Positions 24,998-31,536 of a stretch of DNA of 31,536 nucleotides are shown here, piece after piece. A model generated the notes under the pieces. That model searched no databases, was not told the DNA's origin, and worked only from the letters and a program-made list of their open reading frames with translations. The stretch comes from Fibrobacteria bacterium. GTDB lineage: Bacteria > Fibrobacterota > Fibrobacteria > UBA11236. The translations under genes were made by a program, and so were the position numbers. Every line of letters starts with the position of its first letter. Positions within the stretch are counted from its first letter, which is position 1. Where the stretch lies: NCBI GenBank assembly GCA_041746255.1, contig JBGTHM010000108.1, positions 1-31,536 on the forward strand, given 5' to 3'.

Positions 24998-26938
24998 ATG
25001 GCGAAAACCGCCGCGAAATTAACTCTGAAAAAGGCTGAAATGGAAAATGCCGTTACCGGTAAAAAGCCGGTTTATGATGAAAGCAGTATCAAATCCCTGG
25101 ATTGGATTGAACATATCCGCCTCCGACCGGGTATGTATATCGGTAAGCTGGGAAATGGCTCCGCCCCCGACGATGGCATCTACGTCCTTTTCAAGGAAAT
25201 CGTGGATAATGCCATTGATGAATATATCATGGGTGCGGGCAAGCAGGTGGAAATCTCCATCGAGGACGACACGCTGGTTATACGCGATCACGGACGAGGC
25301 ATTCCCCTGGGGAAGCTGGTGGAATGCGTTTCCAATATCAATACCGGTGGAAAATACGAGGGCGAAGCCTTTAAAAAATCGGTGGGACTGAACGGAGTGG
25401 GAGCCAAGGCGGTCAACGCGCTGTCTTCCGAGTTCTACGTACAATCTTTCCGCGACGGGGTAACCCGCAGCGCCTCCTTTAAACGGGGGAAATTGATAAA
25501 AGTGGAAAAGGATAAGTCCACAGCAGAATCGAATGGCACCCTGGTCCGCTTCACTCCCGATGCGGATATTTTCCCGAAATACCGTTGGATGCCCGATTAT
25601 CTGCAAGAACGCATCTTGTATTACTCCTATTTGAACGCCGGGCTTACGCTCATTTTCAATGGCCAGAAATTCCTTTCCAAAAATGGCCTCTTCGACCTCC
25701 TCACCCACCATACCGACGACACCATCCGCTACCCCATCATTCATTTGAAGGAAGGGGATATGGAGGCGGCCCTGACCCACGACGGGTCTTATGGAGAGCG
25801 GTATTTCTCCTTTGTAAACGGGCAATATACCGTGGAAGGCGGCACCCATCTGGCGGCCTTCCGCGAAGGTGTGGTCCGGGCGTGTAAAGACTTCTATAAA
25901 AAAGATTTCGACGCCAACGATATCCGTTCCTCCATCGTAGCGGCGATTTCCATACGTATGCACGAACCCGTGTTCGAATCGCAAACTAAAACCAAACTCG
26001 GCTCCACGACCTATGACGAGAAGGGCGGCTCCCTGCGCACCTGGATCGTGGACTTCGCGCGCCGCCACTTGGAACAATACCTGCATAAAAATCCGGAGGC
26101 TGCAAAAAACCTGCTGGTTAAAATCCAGCAGAACGAGCGCGAACGCAAAGAAATGGCGGGAGTGCGGCGGCTGGCCAATGAGCGGGCGAAAAAAGCCAAC
26201 CTCCACAATAAGAAATTGCGCGATTGCAATGTGCACTACAACTCCAACCATAAGCAACGGGAGTTGTCTGAAATTTTCATAACCGAAGGCGATTCGGCTT
26301 CGGGGTCCATCACCAAGGCCCGGGAGGTGCGCTTCCAAGCGGTTTTCTCCCTCAAAGGCAAGCCGCTAAATTGCTACGGCATGTCGAAAAAAGTCGTTTA
26401 TGAAAATGAGGAGTTCAACCTGCTTCAGCACGCCTTGAATATCGAGGATGGGCTGGAAAACCTGCGTTACAACCGGGTCATCATTTCCACCGATGCCGAT
26501 GTCGACGGCATGCATATCCGTCTGCTGCTGCTCACCTTTTTCCTCCAATTCTTTCCGGACCTAGTGCAAAAAGGCCATATCTATATTCTGCAAACCCCCT
26601 TGTTCCGAGTGCGCAACAAGAAGGAAACCCATTATTGCTACAGCCAAACCGAAAAATTGGAAGCACTGAATAAGTTGGGCAAGAACGCCGAGATTACCCG
26701 TTTCAAAGGGCTGGGTGAAATCTCGCCCGATGAGTTCAAGGCCTTCATCAGCAAGGACATACGCTTGGAACCCGTAATTTTGCACGGCGAAACCAAACTG
26801 CACGAGGTGCTGGAGTATTACATGGGAAAGAACACTCCCAGCCGCAGGGAATTCATCGTGGAAAACCTCCGCATCGAAGAGGATATCGTGGAAGAACGCG
26901 ATGTCTCGCCCGCCGAAAAGGAAGACGATAATGGTTAA
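24998..26938 (+). CDS. parE: DNA topoisomerase IV subunit B (GyrB/ParE family)
   Basis: [56 protein letters not shown] and RFKGLGE. Start set at ATG 24998 (GAGG RBS). Confidence 0.9.
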   Translation: MAKTAAKLTLKKAEMENAVTGKKPVYDESSIKSLDWIEHIRLRPGMYIGKLGNGSAPDDGIYVLFKEIVDNAIDEYIMGAGKQVEISIEDDTLVIRDHGRGIPLGKLVECVSNINTGGKYEGEAFKKSVGLNGVGAKAVNALSSEFYVQSFRDGVTRSASFKRGKLIKVEKDKSTAESNGTLVRFTPDADIFPKYRWMPDYLQERILYYSYLNAGLTLIFNGQKFLSKNGLFDLLTHHTDDTIRYPIIHLKEGDMEAALTHDGSYGERYFSFVNGQYTVEGGTHLAAFREGVVRACKDFYKKDFDANDIRSSIVAAISIRMHEPVFESQTKTKLGSTTYDEKGGSLRTWIVDFARRHLEQYLHKNPEAAKNLLVKIQQNERERKEMAGVRRLANERAKKANLHNKKLRDCNVHYNSNHKQRELSEIFITEGDSASGSITKAREVRFQAVFSLKGKPLNCYGMSKKVVYENEEFNLLQHALNIEDGLENLRYNRVIISTDADVDGMHIRLLLLTFFLQFFPDLVQKGHIYILQTPLFRVRNKKETHYCYSQTEKLEALNKLGKNAEITRFKGLGEISPDEFKAFISKDIRLEPVILHGETKLHEVLEYYMGKNTPSRREFIVENLRIEEDIVEERDVSPAEKEDDNG

Positions 26939-28916
26939 GTCGCCGGAATTCGCACCCCATGTTCAGACCATGTACCGGGACTATTTCCTGGACTATGCCT
27001 CCTATGTGATAACCGACCGTGCCGTGCCCCATCTGGCCGACGGCCTCAAACCCGTGCAAAGGCGTATCCTGCATTCCATGCGCGAAGTGGAAGACGGACG
27101 TTTCCACAAGGTGGCCAATATCATCGGGAATACCATGAAATACCACCCGCATGGCGACGCGGCCATCGGAGATGCCTTGGTGAACATGGGTCAAAAGGAT
27201 TTGCTTATCGAAACCCAGGGGAACTGGGGCGATCCCATGACGGGCGACAGCGCCGCGGCGGCGCGCTATATCGAATCCAAGCTGAGCAAGTTCGCTCTGG
27301 AAGTAGCCTTCAATTCTTCCACTACGACCTGGCAACGATCTTACGACGGCCGTAATCTGGAGCCGATTCTGCTCCCCATGAAATTCCCCCTGGTGCTGGC
27401 GCAAGGCGCCGAGGGTATCGCGGTGGGATTGGCCACCAAAATCGTGCCGCACAACTTCGTGGAATTGATCAAGGCCTGCATCGCGGTTTTGAAAAAAGAG
27501 AAGTTCAAACTGCTGCCGGATTTCCCCACCGGCGGCATGGTGGACGCATCCAATTATAATGACGGGCAGTCAGGCGGAAAATTGAAAATCCGCGCCAAAA
27601 TAGTCCAGTTCGACAACCGAACTCTGGTGATCACGGAGATCCCCTTCAGCACCACCACCCCGGCGCTGATAGACTCCATCGTTTCCGCCAACGAAAAAGG
27701 CAAAATCAAAATCAAGCGCATCGAAGACAAAACGGCCCAGAAGGTGGAAATCGTCATCCACCTGCCGTTGGGTTCCGACCCGGACAAGACCGTCGACGCG
27801 TTGTATAAATTTACCGATTGCGAAGTATCGATATCGCCCAATTGCTGCGTGATTTTCGAAAACCGTCCGGTTTTCCTGGGTGTCTCCGAACTGCTCGAGC
27901 TCAGCGTGCAAAATACCGTGAAGCTGCTTAAGCTCGAATTGGAAATCCGCAAACGGGAGCTGGAAGAAAAATGGCATATGCGTTCGCTGGAAAAGATTTT
28001 CATCGAGGAGCGCATTTACCGTAAAATCGAAACCTGCGAAACCTGGGAAGCCATTCTCAAGACCATAGACGCGGGTCTCAAGCCTTTCAAAAAGGACTTC
28101 ATCCGCGAAGTCACCACGGAGGATTTAACCCGCCTCACGGAAATCCGCATCAAGCGCATTTCCCGTTTCGATTCGCAGCGGGCCGAAGAAGAACTTCTTT
28201 CCCTCACCAAATACATCGGCGAAACCGAAAAGAACCTGCGCAATCTCACCCGTTACGCCACCGCCTATTATGAAAACCTGCTGGAGAAATTCGGCAAGGG
28301 ACGCCAGCGCAAAACCAAACTCGCGCGCTTCGAGGAGATTTCCGCCGCCGACGTAATCCTCTCCAACCTGAAGGTGTATATCGAGCGCGAAGCGGGATTC
28401 GTGGGCACCTCGGTGAAAAACGGCGAACTCATCGGTGAATTCTCGCCGCTGGACGAAATCATCGCTTTCAAAGAAGACGGCACCTTTACCGTAACTAAAG
28501 TGACGGATAAAACCTATGTCGGAAACAAAATTCTTTTCGCCACCAAATTCAACCGCGAAGAAGGCGATCAAATCATTTACAATATGCTGTATCGCGACGG
28601 ACGGGGCGGCCCCACCTTGGCCAAACGCTTCACGGTGGGCGGCATCACCAGGGACAAGCAATACGATTTGACCAAGGGCAGCGCGCAATCCAAAATCTGG
28701 TATCTCGAGGAGCAACCGGCCAAAGGCGCGGACAAGGTGCAAATCCTGCTTGTGCCTCAGCCGCGGGTCAAGAGCGAGATCAATCTCAACTTCGAAGATT
28801 TCGAAGTGAAGGCGCGCGGCACCAACGGAAGCACGGTCACCAAACACCCGGTGAAAAAAGTGGTGCGGCTGACCAAAGTTGCCAAAGCGGAAGAAAGTGG
28901 ATCCAAGAAGCGCTAA
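26931..28916 (+). CDS. parC: DNA topoisomerase IV subunit A (GyrA/ParC family, short CTD)
   Basis: [29 protein letters not shown] (catalytic Tyr) and PDFPTGG. No GyrA-box; overlaps the parE stop. Confidence 0.88.
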   Translation: MVKSPEFAPHVQTMYRDYFLDYASYVITDRAVPHLADGLKPVQRRILHSMREVEDGRFHKVANIIGNTMKYHPHGDAAIGDALVNMGQKDLLIETQGNWGDPMTGDSAAAARYIESKLSKFALEVAFNSSTTTWQRSYDGRNLEPILLPMKFPLVLAQGAEGIAVGLATKIVPHNFVELIKACIAVLKKEKFKLLPDFPTGGMVDASNYNDGQSGGKLKIRAKIVQFDNRTLVITEIPFSTTTPALIDSIVSANEKGKIKIKRIEDKTAQKVEIVIHLPLGSDPDKTVDALYKFTDCEVSISPNCCVIFENRPVFLGVSELLELSVQNTVKLLKLELEIRKRELEEKWHMRSLEKIFIEERIYRKIETCETWEAILKTIDAGLKPFKKDFIREVTTEDLTRLTEIRIKRISRFDSQRAEEELLSLTKYIGETEKNLRNLTRYATAYYENLLEKFGKGRQRKTKLARFEEISAADVILSNLKVYIEREAGFVGTSVKNGELIGEFSPLDEIIAFKEDGTFTVTKVTDKTYVGNKILFATKFNREEGDQIIYNMLYRDGRGGPTLAKRFTVGGITRDKQYDLTKGSAQSKIWYLEEQPAKGADKVQILLVPQPRVKSEINLNFEDFEVKARGTNGSTVTKHPVKKVVRLTKVAKAEESGSKKR

Positions 28917-28974
28917 GGGGAGGGTTCAATTCCCACCCTTCTCCGGCAGCATTATTCGCCCGGTAAGGCATACC

Positions 28975-29150
28975 AAGAACTGATTGGAAATAATAAGGTG
29001 AATTATTTTTGATGCATAAATATTTTTATTTGAGTTTTTTGATTTTATATAAGTCTATATATTATAATGTTTTATAGATATTTTTAAATAGGCTGATGAA
29101 TTAAAATATTTTTGTTAATTTTTTTTCGGTATTTTTTTCATTCCTTCTGA
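28975..29150. other. Strongly AT-rich intergenic region, likely promoter/regulatory
   Basis: Long A/T runs contrast with GC-rich flanks; TATAAT-like hexamers present; no ORF supported. Confidence 0.6.
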
Positions 29151-29211
29151 GTATTCTTGCATCTGACGGGAGCCATAAGCAACCGGATAGACAACTCTTA
29201 AGGAGAATAAC

Positions 29212-30009
29212 ATGAAAATGCCCCAGATAATTCCATCCCTATTCATCACCGCAACCCTATTAACTGGCTGTCTGACACAGGAGGATGGCGATCGTGAAGG
29301 CCACAGCAGCGCCCGGATCGAGTTCAAGGCCCTTTCCGCCAAAACCGCCGCCACTCCGGGAGCCCCTCTCACCCTGAAGGATGATTCGGGCCTAATTTTT
29401 ACCATTGCGGAGGCACGAGTCAATATTCGACGTATCCGTCTGGATTCCGAAGGTGGCGATTCCTGCAAATCAGCCAACTCCGGGGTGAACTCATTGCCGA
29501 CACGATGCGACCTCCCGGATCTTGATTTAACCGGCCCCTTTGTGATTGACCTTTTGACGGGAATTTCCACCCCTATGCCTGAATTACTGAGTATCCCGGC
29601 CGGTGATTATCGTCGCTTGAAAATCCGTATAGAGGACGCACGCGCAGAAGATGGACTCGTGACGGAAAATGACGAATTGAATGGAAACTCCCTCGTGGTG
29701 AAGGGGACATACGGTTCCGAAGCGAAGCCTTTTCACTTGGCATTGAATTTTATGGAAGATATCGAAGTTGAAAGCTCCGATGTCATGAAATTAAATTCAG
29801 GCGCCGTCGCAAAAATTCTGGTTTCCCTCGACATCAGTAAATGGATGGCCGGACTCAATTTCGACGCCTGCCTCAAACAAGAAAAAGTGGCTGTTGCAAA
29901 CGCGAAAAGGCTGACGCTTACCGATAATTCCGAACTGGGCAAATGCATGGACGTTGAAAATGTTTTGAAGAAAAACATCAAGTATTCTCTACACATGGAA
30001 AAAAAATAA
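29212..30009 (+). CDS. Hypothetical lipoprotein (beta-rich, DUF4382-like)
   Basis: TAAGGAG RBS, lipobox LTGC, and IPAGDYRRLKIRI / NSLVVKGTY motifs. Confidence 0.75.
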   Translation: MKMPQIIPSLFITATLLTGCLTQEDGDREGHSSARIEFKALSAKTAATPGAPLTLKDDSGLIFTIAEARVNIRRIRLDSEGGDSCKSANSGVNSLPTRCDLPDLDLTGPFVIDLLTGISTPMPELLSIPAGDYRRLKIRIEDARAEDGLVTENDELNGNSLVVKGTYGSEAKPFHLALNFMEDIEVESSDVMKLNSGAVAKILVSLDISKWMAGLNFDACLKQEKVAVANAKRLTLTDNSELGKCMDVENVLKKNIKYSLHMEKK

Positions 30010-30027
30010 GGCTCTGGGCAATTCCGG

Positions 30028-30891
30028 ATGCAACCCATCATGAATAATCTGCCTGACATATACGCGTATCTGGATTACCGCCAGTACCTCCGCGATGCGT
30101 TCACGGCCTTGCAGAATTCCCGTCCGGGATTGTCCTATCGCGGCTTCGCACGCGATGCCGGTTACTCCTCCCCGAATCTCCTCCAACTCCTAATCGGAGG
30201 AGAACGGGACATGAACCCCATCCAAATCGCCGGAACTGTGCGGGTTCTGGGGTTACGCAAAGGTAGAGCGGAATATTTCGCGGCCCTCGTGGCTTTTAAT
30301 CAAGCCCGAACGCATGAAGACAAAAACCTCCAGTACCGGCGACTGATGCGCGCCCGTCCCTATAATCTCGACCGCGCCACCGAGAGCGCAAACAAATTGG
30401 AGTACCGCTATTTCGAGAAGTGGTACAATCCCGTCGTTCGTGAATTGTTGGTACACAGGGACTTCAATGGGGACATGGGATGGATAGCCGATCATATCCA
30501 TCCGCGAATTTCCGTTTCCGAAGTGGACCGATCCGTCCGCCTGCTGGAGGAAATAGGCTTCGTAAAAAAAGACGGGAATTCGGGGAAATGGTTCCAGACC
30601 GAGACCGTCATCCGAACTCCCTCACAGGTTTCTTCACTGGCGGTGGCCAACTACCAGCGTGCCATGTTTAACCTTGGGTCCGAAGCCATCGAAGGCTTTC
30701 CCCAGGAACAACGGGAATTACGCTCGATAACGCTGGGCATTTCCCAAAAAACCTATCAAAGCATTCAACGCCGCATGGATGCACTGTGGAAGGAACTGCT
30801 GTCCTTGGCTGCCGGCCCGGAGCCGGTTGAGGAAGTTTGCCAAGTCAACTTACAATTGTTTCCCTTGACCAAAGGGGAATCCCATGAATAG
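30028..30891 (+). CDS. TIGR02147-family protein (N-terminal HTH-like + DUF4423-like domain)
   Basis: IYAYLDYRQYLRD, LSYRGFARDAGYSSPN.L, YFAALVAFNQA, YFEKWYNPVVREL, RELRSITLGIS and QVNLQLFPLT. Confidence 0.88.
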   Translation: MQPIMNNLPDIYAYLDYRQYLRDAFTALQNSRPGLSYRGFARDAGYSSPNLLQLLIGGERDMNPIQIAGTVRVLGLRKGRAEYFAALVAFNQARTHEDKNLQYRRLMRARPYNLDRATESANKLEYRYFEKWYNPVVRELLVHRDFNGDMGWIADHIHPRISVSEVDRSVRLLEEIGFVKKDGNSGKWFQTETVIRTPSQVSSLAVANYQRAMFNLGSEAIEGFPQEQRELRSITLGISQKTYQSIQRRMDALWKELLSLAAGPEPVEEVCQVNLQLFPLTKGESHE

Positions 30892-31536
30892 GCTAGCCAA
30901 GAAGTGGGAAAAAATCCTGTTGGCTATACTCCTTCTCGCCGCCGGCATTCTTACCGCCTGCATAGCTGATAGATCCGCGGGAGGCACGGGGGTCGGCAAT
31001 CCCCCGCAGCATGCGCAAGCCGAACTTGCCTTCGCAGCCACATCCCTCTCCAAAACCACGACCATGGCGAAAATCGCAGGCAGGGATTTGATTCCCTCTT
31101 CGGATTTCGAAAATGGTTTTAAGTTGAGTGACCGGGGTGGAATGAGTCTGATCCTGACTGAAGCAAGGGCCCACATCGGTGGAATCCGCATACGGTTACC
31201 GAATGATGTTACGTGTTCCAGTCAGTTGGAGGAACCCTGTCAAGCGAGGGATATTAAACTTGACGGACCCTTTTTCGCCGATTTAATCTCGGGTGTTCCT
31301 CCCGCCGAATTGGCTGCGATCCGTATTCCCGTCGGTAACTATCATAGGGTGGATATAAAATTGGATCCCTACCGTCCCGATTCGGAACCCGCTTTACGGG
31401 AACCGGAAATGGCAGGATACAGTATGCTTTTGCGAGGCACGTTCACTTACCAGGGGTCAGCGAATCGAACCTTTGTGATGCTGCTGCGTTTCGATGAAGA
31501 GGCCCGCATTGAAGCTAAAGACTCAATCCAAGTGAT
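30884..31536 (+). CDS. Hypothetical lipoprotein, paralog of 29212-30009, truncated by window end
   Basis: Manual translation MNRLAKKWEKILLAILLLAAGILTAC (lipobox) IADRSAGGTGVGNP...EARAHIGGIRI...LDGPFFADLISG...IPVGNYHRVDIKL...GYSMLLRGTF. Open to the window edge and overlaps the upstream stop. Confidence 0.8.
   Translation, partial: MNRLAKKWEKILLAILLLAAGILTACIADRSAGGTGVGNPPQHAQAELAFAATSLSKTTTMAKIAGRDLIPSSDFENGFKLSDRGGMSLILTEARAHIGGIRIRLPNDVTCSSQLEEPCQARDIKLDGPFFADLISGVPPAELAAIRIPVGNYHRVDIKLDPYRPDSEPALREPEMAGYSMLLRGTFTYQGSANRTFVMLLRFDEEARIEAKDSIQV

Noticed and set aside
24998..28916. gyrB-gyrA assignment
   Set aside because: The A subunit is short and lacks a GyrA-box, and both sequences resemble the topo IV type rather than gyrase.
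28916..28945. Hairpin after parC as an intrinsic terminator
   Set aside because: The stem is imperfect (GGGGAGGGT/ACCCTTCTC) and has no following U-tract.
28975..29150. Replication origin
   Set aside because: AT-rich, but no DnaA boxes (TTATCCACA) were seen and there is no dnaA/dnaN context.
1..31536. CRISPR arrays, tRNA/rRNA genes, IS elements, integrases
   Set aside because: No regularly spaced repeats, structural RNA signatures or transposase/integrase ORFs were seen, and the intergenic gaps are short and otherwise explained.

Overview
Bacterial chromosomal window with GC-rich coding regions. The TIGR02147-family gene and the short Bacteroidota/Chlamydiota-like topoisomerase IV suggest Fibrobacterota, but this is inference only. 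The left ~15 kb is a respiratory island. A lipoprotein AniA-type copper nitrite reductase (nirK, minus strand, cut by the window edge and absent from the ORF track) is transcribed divergently from a 10-gene cluster. That cluster encodes (i) a non-canonical cytochrome bd-like (CydA-like) membrane subunit fused to a class I cytochrome c, with no Q-loop and no cydB; (ii) five further mono/diheme c proteins, one with an ethylbenzene-dehydrogenase-gamma-like domain; (iii) a Cyc2-like monoheme cytochrome-beta-barrel fusion; (iv) a cupredoxin-like protein; (v) a NirJ/Ahb-like radical SAM-SPASM enzyme with a PCP_red tail; and (vi) a 1115-aa split-barrel/USP/rubredoxin protein with six PCP_red repeats. 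Three sigma-54 (-24/-12) promoter matches, three copies of a shared ~20-bp operator-like box and a central palindrome suggest nirK and the cluster form one regulon. The rest of the window holds an M15A peptidase, a small unannotated membrane protein, a lyase-like secreted protein, two divergent PilT-like ATPases, panE, rpmG, a HIT protein, hemB, parE-parC with a candidate LexA box, and a lipoprotein / TIGR02147 / paralogous lipoprotein cassette behind an AT-rich spacer.
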